Positions 24,708 to 35,655 of a DNA stretch of 64,000 nucleotides are shown piece by piece. The stretch comes from Scenedesmus sp. PABB004 (lineage: Eukaryota). Below the pieces are notes generated by a model. The model was not told the origin of the DNA. It made no database searches and saw only the letters and a program-made list of their open reading frames with translations. How positions within the stretch are numbered: the stretch's first letter is position 1; every line of letters begins with the position of its first letter. Made by a program: the position numbers and the translations under genes. Location of the stretch: NCBI GenBank assembly GCA_014905635.1, contig JABVCE010000005.1, forward strand, positions 62,001 through 126,000. Reading direction: 5' to 3'.

Positions 24708-24865
24708 ACGGCGCGTCGGCCGCGAGCGCGGTGCGGCTGTGTGCTGCCGCGGCTGCGGCAGCGCGCCAGCGCAGCAGCGGCGCGGCGCGCGCGCGCCTCG
24801 TAGTCGTTGTCCATGTCGAAGCGGTCCAGGTGCTGCTCCTCATCGTCGTCGACGGGCGCCGGCAT
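20973..24865 (-). CDS. TFIP11: TFIP11/STIPL/Ntr1 spliceosome disassembly factor (TIP_N, G-patch, GCFC), 8 exons
   Basis: DNDYE|GLVEVGGEFFY..RQQTKEEALYG, DYTKPVGFVS, G-patch FEAHTKGIGLKLLSKMGYEAGKGLG, PIHAWLHPWLP, VAAWYSAWK. One 1-nt frameshift near 24090. Confidence 0.92.
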
Positions 24866-25490
24866 CGCGCCGCGCGCCGCCCCGGCGGGCGCTGCGGGCT
24901 CTCGCCGCTGCCGCCGCCGCTGCCCGCTGCCGCCGCGCGCGGCCGCGCGCTCACTGACGCCGACGGGTCGGAGCCGCCATGCGCGCCGCCGCGGGGCCCG
25001 GCGGGCCGCTCTCGAGCGCGGGCGCCGCGCCGCGCGGCGGCCCGCCGCTGCTGCCGCGCCGGCGCCGGCGGTGGAGGCAGCCGCCGCCGCTGCGGCTGTT
25101 GCCTGGAGGCTTCGCGGGCGCAAGAGCCGCGCGGGCGAGCTGCCGGGGACCCGCGGGGCGCGGCGCTGGCGCCTGGCCTGGAGCAGCAGGCCGAGATGGC
25201 CGCGCCTGGCGGGCTGGCGGGCTGGGGGGACGCAGGCCCGCTGCCGAGCTGGGTTTGGGGACCGGGGAAGCCCACCGGAGCGCAGGCAGGCGCCCGGGGC
25301 TTGAAAAAACCCGGGCGTGGGGCCTTGCTGCGCGTGCCCGCGCCCTGCTCGCTCGTGCTCGCAGCCCGCCGTTGAGAGCCGTCTCCGCACCGTGCAGACG
25401 CACCTGGCAGCCGCACGGCGCGCCATGGCGCCCCCCGGGCGCGTGTAGGCCGCCCAAAGTCATCTGCTGCTGTCCGGGCCCGCCCGCGCC

Positions 25491-27907
25491 ATGGCGCCGC
25501 CGCCGGGCAAGGAGGTCATAGGTGAGGCACCGCGCGCGGCGAGGGCAGCCCACCGCCGGGCGCCGCGGCGGCTGCGGCGCGGCCGGGGCTGCGCGGCGCC
25601 GGCGCAGCAGCAGCGTCGCGCGCATGCGGCAGCGCCCCCCGTCTTCCCTCTCCTCCCCCCCCTCTTCCCCCGCCTGCGCTGGCGTCGCCGGCAGCACCTG
25701 CTGCGGAGGGGCATCGCGGCGGCGCTCAGCAGCCCGCCGCTGTCGCCCGCCCCCGCCGCGCCCGCGCTGCGCGCACGCGCCCCACCCGTGCGCGCAGACA
25801 CGGTGTCCAAGGCCTGCGCGTACGGCGACTTTGACGCGCTCAAGGCCTTTGTGGAGGCCGACCCCGGCTGCGTGGCGGCGCCGGACGCGGCGGGGTACAC
25901 GCCGCTGCAGTGGGCCGCGCTCAACAACCGCGTCGCGGAGACGCACTACCTGCTCGCCGCGGGCGCGCCGGTCGACGCAGCCGACGGCACCGGCCAGACC
26001 GCGCTGCACTGGGCGGCCGTGCGCGGCGCGCTGCCGTGCATGGAGACGCTGCTGCGCGCGGGCGCCGACCCGGCCGCGCCCGACAAGCGCGGCTACACGC
26101 CGTGCCACGTCGCGGCGCAGTACGGCCAGGCGGGCGTGATCTACCACCTCGCGCTGCGCTGGGGCGTCGACGCGGACACGCCCGACGCCGACGGCCGCAC
26201 GCCGCTGCACTGGGCGGCGTACAAGGGCTACGCCGACGCGGTGCGCCTGCTGCTCGTGCTCGACGCGCGCCACGGCCTGCCCGACCGCGAGGGCTGCACG
26301 CCGCTGCACTGGGCCGCGATCAAGGGCAACGGCGAGGCCTGCACCGTGCTGGTGCAGGGCGGCGCGCTGCCGAGCCTCTCCGCGCGCGACGTCACGGGCA
26401 GCACGCCGCCGCAGCTCGCGGTGGAGAAGGGCCACCGCTACCTGGGCCTGCACCTCGCGGAGCTGCGCGCGCGGAGCGAGGACGCGTGGTTTGGCCGCGG
26501 CGGCCGCCTCGCGTGTCTCAGCGCCGCGCAGCTCTGCCCCGTCATATGGGGCCTCATCCTCGGCCTGCTGCTCATCTTTGTCACACAGGTGCTCGGCCCC
26601 ACGCCGCCGCCGCGCCCCGCGCCTGCCGCGCACGCCGGCGCCGGCGCCGGCGCGGCGGCGGCGGCGGTGCTGCGCGGTGCGGCCGGCGGCAACAGCAGCA
26701 GCGCCGCCGCCGCCGGCGGCAGCGGCGCGGCCGAGGCCGCGGCCGCGGCGGCGGCGGCTGCAGCGGCAGCGGCAGCGGCGGCAGCGGCGCCGGGCGGCCC
26801 CGGCAGCGGCGACGGCGGCGTGAGCCGCGTCATCACCGCCGCGGGCGGCGCGGGGCACGCCGGCGGCGGCGGCGGCGCGCGCGCGCTGCTGTTCAACCTG
26901 GCCGCCTGGTCGGTGGTGGTGTGTTCGGGCGTGGGGCTCATCTTCCTGCATCGCACCACCACCAGCGACCCGGGCTTTGTGCCGACCGGCCGCGACGGCG
27001 GGCGGCGGGGCGAGAAGGCGGCCAAGGCCGCGCACGCGGCTGCAGCGGCAGCCGGCGGCGGCGGCGGCGGCAGCGGCGGCAGCGGCGGCGCGGCGGCGGC
27101 GGCGGCGGCGGCGGCGGCCCGCCCGGCGGCGCCAAGGCGGCCGCGCTGCAGCGCGGCGGCAGCGGCGCCGGCGGCGGCGCGCCCGGCGGCGCGGGGCTGC
27201 TCGACTCGCCCGCGCTGTGGGCGGGCAACTGGTCGCAGCTGTGCGTGACGTGCAAGATCGTGCGCCCGCTGCGCGCAAAGCACTGCGGCGTGAGCGAGCG
27301 CTGCGTGGAGGTGTTTGACCACTACTGCCCCTGGGTCGGCAACGCCATCGGCAAGGGCAACCGCCACACCTTCCTGGTCTTCCTCTGGCTCCAGCTCTAC
27401 GCCCTGATCGCCTCGCTGGCCGTCGCCGTCGCGCAGCTGCGCGCGGGCGTGGCGGCGGGCGCGTGGAGCGAGCGCCTGGTGTGGCAGGCCGTGTTTGTCG
27501 TGCTCGCGGGCTTTGTCAGCCTCAGCGTCGGCGTGCTCGCGGTCGCGCAGGCGAGCCAGGTCGCGCGCAACGTGACGACCAATGAGCTCGCCAACTGGCA
27601 CCGCTACAAGTACCTCCAGGACGGCGGCGGTGGGTTTGCAAACCCGTTCAACCGCGGCCTCCGCGCCAACTGCTGGGAGGCGTTCCACCCCGCCGACGCG
27701 CCCACGGCGCCGCTCATGCTGCCGCGCGACCCCGAGGCCGCGCAGGGCCGCCTGCTCGGCCTGCCAGGCGGCGGCGGCGGCGGCGGCGGCGGCGGGCTGG
27801 AGGAGTGCCAGGCGCTGCTGCCGGGGGGCGGCGGCGGCGGCCAGCACGGCGGCAGCGCGGCGCAGCAGCACCGCCACGGCCGGGAGTGCAGGCACTGCGA
27901 CGCGTGA
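25491..27907 (+). CDS. Ankyrin-repeat DHHC protein S-acyltransferase (TIP1/Akr1/ZDHHC17-like)
   Basis: Intron 25522-25797. Several TPLHWAA ankyrin repeats, TM helices, CVTCKIVRPLRAKHC..CVEVFDHYCPWVGNAIG, NVTTNE, NPFNRG. One 1-nt frameshift near 27090. Confidence 0.92.
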
Positions 27908-28622
27908 CGCGCCTGCGCTGTGTGTGCGCGCTGCGGCGGTGCAACCGCCCGACACGACCTGGCTGACCGGCGACGCGGGCGGCTCCGTTTCAACGCGCGC
28001 GGCGCAGGCGGCAGCAAACCTTCCTGGCACACGCTGGGCCTGGCACACGCTGCGCCAGGCCCGCTCGCTCCAGCTCGCTCAGGCCAGCTCAGCTCCAGCT
28101 CCAGCGGCGGCGCACCCGCGCCGCCAGGGCACGCGCTCATCATCCCCACCACCCTGCCCCGCGCGGGGCCAAACCTCAGCAAAACTCGGCCGGCCGCGCA
28201 GGCCGCCGGCCGTCGCTAGGGGCGCTCGCACCCGGAAACAAGGGTGCCTCGCTACGCGCCGCTCGCACAGGGAGCGCGCCTCCAACAACAGACACGTCTC
28301 CTCGCCCGGCGCGCGTCCCTTCCCTGCCCTTCCCTTCCCCTGTGCAGGCCTGCCCACCATCACGTGTGCTGCGCGTCGCGGCGCAGTCACACACAGTCCA
28401 GCCAGTTCAGCAGTGTCGCGTGCACACGGCGCGGTGCGGGAGGCAGGGCGTAGGTGTGCACAGCCAGCACTGCTGGGGCTGGCGGGGTGCAGGACGGGCG
28501 GGCCGCAAGGGGCAAGTCCTGCTAGCCCTAAACCAACGAATGCGCTCGTTCGCCACGCCTAGGAGCGCCGGCTGCAGCGCGCTGAAGCAATGGATCAAAT
28601 GCTATCGCCCGCGCTCGCGTGC

Positions 28623-29977
28623 TCAAGGCGAAAAATCAGAGGGGCGCGCGCTCTCCACGCCGGCCAGCCGCGCAAACGCGGCGCCCTGGGCCGCCGCGCC
28701 GCTGGCGCGCCCGCCGGTCGACACGGCCGCGGCGATGGACGCCGCGGCGGCCTGGGCGGCCATGGTCGCGCGGTCGGAGCGGCTGGTCGTGCCGGAGTGC
28801 AGGCGGCGCCCGCCCTTGGCCGCGGTGTCAAAAAGCTTCATGCCCGCGCTGCGCTCGGTCGCGGCCTGCGCGGTCTTGGCGCCGGCGGCGCTGGCGAAGA
28901 AGGCCTTGCCGCTGGAGACGGCCTTGGCGATGATGTCGGAGGTGGTGGAAGACGTCAGCACGTTGCGGTCACCTGCACGCGGGGGCGGCGCGGCGGGCAG
29001 GGTCAGGGCCGGGCAGGGAAGCTGCAGAGCGCAGGGCGCGCGACCTGCAGGCGCGCAGGCTGCACGTCAAGCATCCCGCCACGCGCTGCGCGCGATCACC
29101 CTCGATCTGGTACGTCGTGCCCGCGGCGGCAGCCGAGTTGGAGCCCATCTGGCCCGACGCACGGCCGCCGGCGAGGAGGCGGCGGGCGCCAAAGTCGGAC
29201 GGGCGCGCGCTCTCCACGCCGGCCAGCCGCGCAAACGCGGCGCCCTGGGCCGCCGCGCCGCTGGCGCGCCCGCCGGTCGACACGGCCGCGGCGATGGACG
29301 CCGCGGCGGCCTGGGCGGCCATGGTCGCGCGGTCGGAGCGGCTGGTCGTGCCGGAGTGCAGGCGGCGCCCGCCCTTGGCCGCGGTGTCAAAAAGCTTCAT
29401 GCCCGCGCTGCGCTCGGTCGCGGCCTGCGCGGTCTTGGCGCCGGCGGCGCTGGCGAAGAAGGCCTTGCCGCTGGAGACGGCCTTGGCGATGATGTCGGAG
29501 GTGGTGGAAGACGTCAGCACGTTGCGGTCACCTGCACACGGGGGCGGCGCGGCGGGCAGGGTCAGGGTAGGGAGGCTGCGGACCGCAGGCGCGCGAGGCA
29601 GGCGCCCGCGCGCCAAGCGGTTGCGTTGCTGCGCGCGCTCACCCTCGATCTGGTACGTCGTGCCCGCGGCGGCAGCCGAGTTGGAGCCCATCTGGCCCGA
29701 CGCACGGCCGCCGGCGAGGAGGCGGCGGGCGCCAAAGTCGGACGGGCGCGCGTCTGCGCGGCAGTCGGCGGTGGGCGTGGCGGTGTCAGGGGTAAAGTTT
29801 TGGGCGTTAGGGTACGCTAATGCGCGCCCGAGTGGCCGCGCTCGTGTGTTGGCAGCCAGCTGGCGCCGCGGCATCATCGTTCAGCGCGCGGCCGCCGCCG
29901 CCCCGCCGCTCACCAGCACTGGCGGCCAGCGCGACCAGAAGAGCGAGCGCAATCACGCCGGTGCGAGTGGTGGCCAT
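28623..29977 (-). CDS. Secreted Ala/Ser/Gly-rich precursor, 318 aa, two tandem 144-aa units with RRLL/RRLH motifs
   Basis: Exons 29977-29914, 29753-29643, 29531-29100 and 28972-28623 total 957 nt in frame, all GT-AG. Signal peptide MATTRTGVIALALLVALAASADA. Confidence 0.85.
28642..29751. repeat. Intragenic tandem duplication (units about 28642-29200 and 29201-29751)
   Basis: Exonic parts read identical base for base. The central parts of the two intron copies differ. Confidence 0.95.
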
Positions 29978-30571
29978 CTCGGTATCTGGGCGGTCTCTGG
30001 CTCGCGATGAGGGGGGCGGGGGCGCGCGTTGACTCGAGTGCACAGGGCCGCTGGTGGGCGTGGAGGGGGGCAACGGCGCGGAGGGAAGGGAGGGCGAGAT
30101 GCGCTGGTGCGGGGGCGGTGGCGTATATGACGCGCGCGATTGTGTTGTTGCAGCGGGCAGCCCGCTGTCGGCTACGTGCAGTGCACGCGACCTCAATCGC
30201 CCGTCACCACAGCGCCCGCGCGGCCTGCGCTGTGGTGCCGAAGCGCTAGGATCGGAGCGCACGCGTCTGGGAAGCGCGCGCGCGGGAGCACGGCGCGCCT
30301 GCAGCGGCCGGGGCCGGGCCATGACGAGACCATCCATTGCCAGGGCGCACGCACGCAGGCCCGCCGCGTTCGTCGGCAGTCGGCACCGTGAAAAGTTTGG
30401 CAGGTGCAGCGCGGGTTTCCTCGGCTCCCCCGTGCGCTGCGCAGGCCGCCGCCGCCCGCCGCGCGCTGCCGTTCGTGGTGACGCCGGTGACACTCGAGGG
30501 CTGGCCCCCCAGGGCCGTCAGGGCGCGCCTTTTGCACTTGTTGCAGTCCGCGCCCACCGCTCAACCACCGC

Positions 30572-31132
30572 TCACCCGCAACCCGCCGCCTCGCCGCGCG
30601 GCCGCTGTCGCCGACGCTCGGCCGCCCACGCCGCGCGCCGCGCGGCCGCGCCCGACGGCGGCAGCAGCAGCACCTCCGGCGGGAAGGCGCCCTCCGCGCA
30701 GCGGAACACGGACAGGCGCAGCCCCGTCTGGCGGCCGCGGAACGCGCCGCTGTTGTCGCCCCACGTCACGCAGACCGCGAGGTCCTGCCCCCACCGCGCG
30801 CGCATGAGCGGCCGCGCAAGCGCGACCGCCAGCACCGCCGTCTCCACCGCGGCGGCCCCCGCGGCGCGCAGCACGGTCTGGCCGCGCGCGGGCATGTTGT
30901 CCACCAGGCTGCGCGCGGCGGCGGCCTCGTTGCTGGCGCTGGTGATGTGCACGACCTTGGCGCGCGCGGGCGCGGGCCCCGCGCCCGCGCCGGGCGCGGG
31001 CAGCTGCGGCGCCTCCACGCCCGGCGCCATGGGCAGCGGCCCCACCGCCGCGACGTCCAGGGCGTAGGGCTGCGCCGTCAGCGGCCGCCGCCCGCCGCGC
31101 AGCGTCGGCTGCATGAGCAGCTCGCGCGCGGG

Positions 31133-31163
<31 letters not shown>

Positions 31164-32044
31164 TGCGCGCCGCCGCCGGGGCCGCCGCCGGCGGCGAGCA
31201 TGGCGCGCGCGGTCGCGAGCGCCTTGACGGCGGTCGCCAGCGGCGCGGGCCCGACGGCAAAGAGCAGCTGGTGGGCGTGCACCTCAAACGCGGCCGCGAT
31301 GCTGCCCGCGAGGCGGCGCGTGGCCGTGCTGCCCGACACGAGGCACACGGGCGAGGTGAGGAAGGCCCGCCCGTCCACCCACGACGCCTCCAGCGGCGGC
31401 GGCCGCGCGGGCTGCTGCTGCGCCTGCTGCGCCTGCTGCTGCTGCTGCTGCTCCGCCTGCGCCTGCTGCGGCTGCGCCTGCTGCGCCTGCTGCGCCTGCT
31501 GCTCCGCCTGCGCCTGCTGCGGCGGCACCTGCTGCGCCTGCTGCTCTGGCGGCCGCCGCCGCGAGCGCCACGCCAGCAGCCGGTCCTGCCTCGCGGGCGG
31601 CGCCTGCTGCTGCAGGAGCTGCGCGGCCGCGCGGTCGTGCTGCGGCCGCACGGGCTTCAGCAGCTGCGCGCCGCCGCTGCCGCCGCCCTCGCCGCCCTGC
31701 GACAGCCGCTGCAGCCTGCCCAGCGCGGCAGCAGCGGCGTCCACCTGCTGCTGCGGCGGCGGCGGCGGCGGCGGCGGCGACGGCTGCTGCGACGGCGGCG
31801 GCGGCGGCGACGGCTGCTGCTGCTGCGGCGGCAGGGGGCTGCCCCCGCTGGCGTCGCCGCCAGCGGCCGCGCAGCCGAGCCGCCGCCGCCGCTGCGGCGC
31901 GGCCAGCAGCGGCGCGAGCTGCGCCTGCGCTGGCTGCTGCAGTGGCTGCTCCAGAGCTGGGCGCAGGGCCGGCAGCGCTCTGGGGCGGTGGCCGCAGCCC
32001 GCGGCGGGCCGGGCGCGCCGCGGCGGCGGCGCCCAGGCCCGCAT
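30572..32044 (-). CDS. Protein with two tandem SpoVS-like (Alba-fold) domains and a Gln/Pro-rich, transit-peptide-like N-terminus
   Basis: Intronless 490-aa ORF. LVSGSTATRRLAGSIA..FAVGPAPLATAVKALATAR and HITSASNEAAAARSL..LRAAGAAAVETAVLAVALAR resemble the SpoVS A(I/V)GAxAxxxAVKAxAxAR signature. Confidence 0.7.
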
Positions 32045-32573
32045 CGCCGCCGCCCGCCGCCGCCGCCGCAGCTGCTGCGGGCGCCTGCCGCTGGACCCGC
32101 CGCTTCCGCGCCCGCGTGCTGCCGGCCAGTCGAGCTCGCCTGCGGCGGAGCGACAGGCCGGGGGCCTGCGCTGCCCGCCAGCCCGGAAGCCGGGCCTGCA
32201 GCGGCGGAGCGTGCGGCGGATGCGCGATTAGCTGCCGGGAGTGGCCGCGGCGATGAGTCGAGCACGAGTGAGCTGGGGTGAGATGGGCTTTGCTGCGCGC
32301 CGCCGCCGCGCACCGCCGCTCCGCCATGCCGCTCTCGCGGCCCTCGCCACTCCCGCACGAGTTCTGCCAGCTCCCGAGCAGCGCAGCGCCAGCCCTAGCT
32401 CCCACGAACCTGGCGCTGCTGCCACGCAACCGACGCCGCCGCGCCGCCGCCGCCGTGCTTCAGCGCGTGGCCGCAGCGAGGCCGGCAGTGCGAGAGGCCC
32501 CCCGTGGCCCACGCCCGGCGCCGGCCGGCGCGTCGGCGCAGCCCGCGCCGCCGGTGCCGCGGCAGCAGCGGCA

Positions 32574-35288
32574 ATGTCCAAGCCCGCCGAGCCGGCGGCC
32601 ACGACCGCACCGCCAGCGCATCCGCATCGCGGCCACCCGCATGGCTTCGGCGCGGACCTCACGCGCCGGCAGTTCGTCGGGTGCGTTTGCCGCAGCTCCG
32701 CCGAGCGCCGCGGCCGAGCGCGCTGCAGCGCGTGCGGTGGCGACCGCCGCACGCGCTCGCACACACGCGCAGGCTCGTCATCGCGCTGTGCATGGGCACG
32801 TCGCTGGAGTGGTGCGGGCACGGCCGGACAGCGCGGGCGTCACCGCGGTCGCGGTCGCCCCGCCGCCGCCGCCGCCGGCGCCCGCGCGCGCCTCGACCGA
32901 CGCCGGCGGCCGCCCCGCCGCGACCGCCCCCTTCCCCCCCCCCCCCAGGTATGACTTTTCGGTCTATTCCCAGCTCTCCGCCACCATCACCGCCGTCTTC
33001 TTCCCGCCGACCAACCCCGAGGCCGCGGCGATCGGGTACTGGCTGGTCTTTGCGGCGGGCTTCGTCGCGCGCCCCGTCGGCGCGCTGGTCTTCGGTGCGC
33101 CCCCGCGCCGCGGCGCCGCGCACGCACGCCGCCCCGCGCGCCGCGCACCGAGCGGCCGGCGGCGCCGCAGGCCATGTCGGTGACGCGTTCGGGCGTCGCA
33201 TCTCGCTGCTGCTGTCCATCCTGTGCGTGAGCGTGCCCACGGTGCTGATCGGATGTCTCCCGGGCTACGCGACCATAGGCATGGCGGCGCCGGCGCTGAT
33301 GGGGCTCTTTCGCTTCGTGCAGGGCCTAGCTGTCGGCGGAGAGTTTGGCAGGTGGGCGCGGCGGGTGGGCGGCCGCGAGAGCCGGCTGGTTGGGTCGGCG
33401 TGCGCGTCCCCCGCCGCGGCGGCGGCGCGCGGCGCCGCGCGCCGTTGCCCGCGGCCCCCCCCCCCACACCCACCCACACCACACCCGCTCGCCCACCCGC
33501 CCGCACCCGCCCACCCACACCCCGCCCGCGCAGCGCGATCGCGTACCTGTTTGAGCTCGCGCCCCCGCGCCGCAAGGGCCTCTACGCCGCGCTCGGCCAG
33601 GCCGCGATCGCGCCCGGCATCGTGCTCGGCCTGCTCGCCTGCATCGCCGTCACGCTCGGCTGCTCCCCCGACGCGCTGCTGGTGTGGGGCTGGCGCGTGC
33701 CGTTCCTCGCGACGGTGTTCTTCGGGCCCATCGCGCTGTGCGTGCCGCGCCGCGACGCAGCGCGCGCGGGCGCGGGCACGCGCGGCGGCTGCGAGCACAC
33801 GCACAGCGCGCGCGCGAGCGCGCCCCCGCCGAGCTCGCGCCGAGCCTCCTCCGCACGCCCTCACGCCCGCCCGCGCGCGCGCCGTGCAGCGTGCTGCGGA
33901 TGCACATGCCCGAGCCGGTCGAGTTTCTGGCCAGCAAGGAGGTGATGACGCTGCAGCGCGTCGCGTCGATCGCCGCCGCGCACACGGTCGCCGCGGAGAA
34001 CGCGCGGCGGCGCAGCTTCGGCGGCCGGCCGGCGCGCAGCAGCAGCGGCGGCGGCGGGCCCGGCAGCCCGGGCAGCGCCGCGGGCGTGCGGCCGTCGCTC
34101 AGCCGCGCGGCGAGCCGCCAGCTGTCGCGCCGCCTCGAGGCGCTCGCTGAGGTGGTGCCGGCGGACGGCGCCGCCGACGCGGGCGGCGCGCTCTCGCCGC
34201 GCGCGCCCGGCGGCGGCGGCGCGGGCAAGGCGGCCAGCTTTGTGGCGCTGCGCATCCACTCGGTCGGCGGCGCCGAGCGCGGGCCGGCGGCGGACGGCGA
34301 CGCGGTGGTGTCGGACGCGCTGGCGGCGGCCGCGGGGGACTTTTCGGCCGAGGTCGCGGCGGTCGAGGCGCGCGTGAAGCACCACGTCCCGATCGCGGTG
34401 CTCATGCGCCACCACTGGCGCAGCGTCGCGCTGCTCGCGCTGATGGAGGTCTCCTATGGGACGTTGTTCTACACCTTCTTCTCGTGGTGCGCACGCGCCA
34501 CACAGCACGCACAGCACACGTACAGCGCACGCACAGCACACACAGCACATGCGCAGCACGCGCAGCACAGCACGCGCAGCACACGCGCCGGGGCGGCGGC
34601 CCGGCCCGCGGCGAGGTCCCCCCGCGCCGGCCGCCCGCGCAGGGTCCCGTCGACGATGCGGGCGCAGCACCTCGGCGACGCGGGCATCACGCTGTGGCCG
34701 GTGCTCGTCGCGATGGTGCTCTTTGCCTCCGGCGTGGTCGCGTCGGCGCACTGGATCTGTGACGGCCCCGCGCCCAAGCTCTGGGCCTTCATGGCCCTCA
34801 TCACCCTCCTCGCCGGCGTCGCGACGCCGGTGCTGCTCTGGATCGGCACCGGCGCGCCGCTCGCGGTGTGGCTGTGCCTGCCGCTCATGCTCGGAGGCGC
34901 AGGCGTGCTCGGCGCGCTCATGACAAGCATAGGCCCCTTGTCCTTCCCGCCAGGCGTGCGGCTCACGGGCTGGAACCTCGTGCACAACCTCGCGGTGCGC
35001 GCCCGCGGCGCCGCGGGCGGCGCCGCGCCGCCGCGCCCGCGCCGCTGCGCGCGCGCGCGGGCGCCCGCGCGCGCACGACCCGACCGCCCGCCGCCGCCGC
35101 CGCAGATGAGCGCGGCGGGCATCATGCCGCTGGTGACGGCGGCGCTGGCGCGCCACGTGCCGCCGCCCGAGCTCGCCGCGGGCGTCGTGCTGCTGCTCAC
35201 GCTGGGCGTGTCCTGGCTGACGGTGCTGCCCCTGGCGCGCCTGCTGCCGCAGCTCACCCTGCGTGCGCCCGCGGGCGTGCGGCCCTGA
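32574..35288 (+). CDS. MFS transporter, metabolite:H+ symporter (ProP/ShiA-like) family, 8 exons
   Basis: GTSLEW|YDFSVY, GFVARPVGALVF|GHVGDAFGRR, IGCLPGYATIG, RFVQGLAVGGEFG, WGWRVPFL. Large central cytosolic loop. Confidence 0.9.
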
Positions 35289-35655
35289 CCGCCGCGCGCG
35301 CGGCGCTCTGCGCGCGAATTGGCCGTGCGGCGGGGGCGGGGCGGGCTTGGGGGGGGGGGGGTGCTGGCGGCGCGAATTGGTGGCGGCAACGGCAACGGCA
35401 ACGACTGTGTGGATTGTACAGCGCGCTGGGCGCGCGAACTGTGCAAAACCTCACCCGACACATTGCGAGCGCGGGCTGTGGCTGCTGTGAGCCTGCGCTG
35501 GGGCTGTTAGCCTGCACGCTGGGGCTGTGGCCTGTGCTGCTGGGCGTTGAGCTCGGTGCTAGCGAGTGATCTTGCAACGCGACGCGACGCGACGCGACGC
35601 CCCGCCGCACCGCGTCCCGCACTCGCGCACTCCCGCGCCCTCCCGACGTGCCGGC

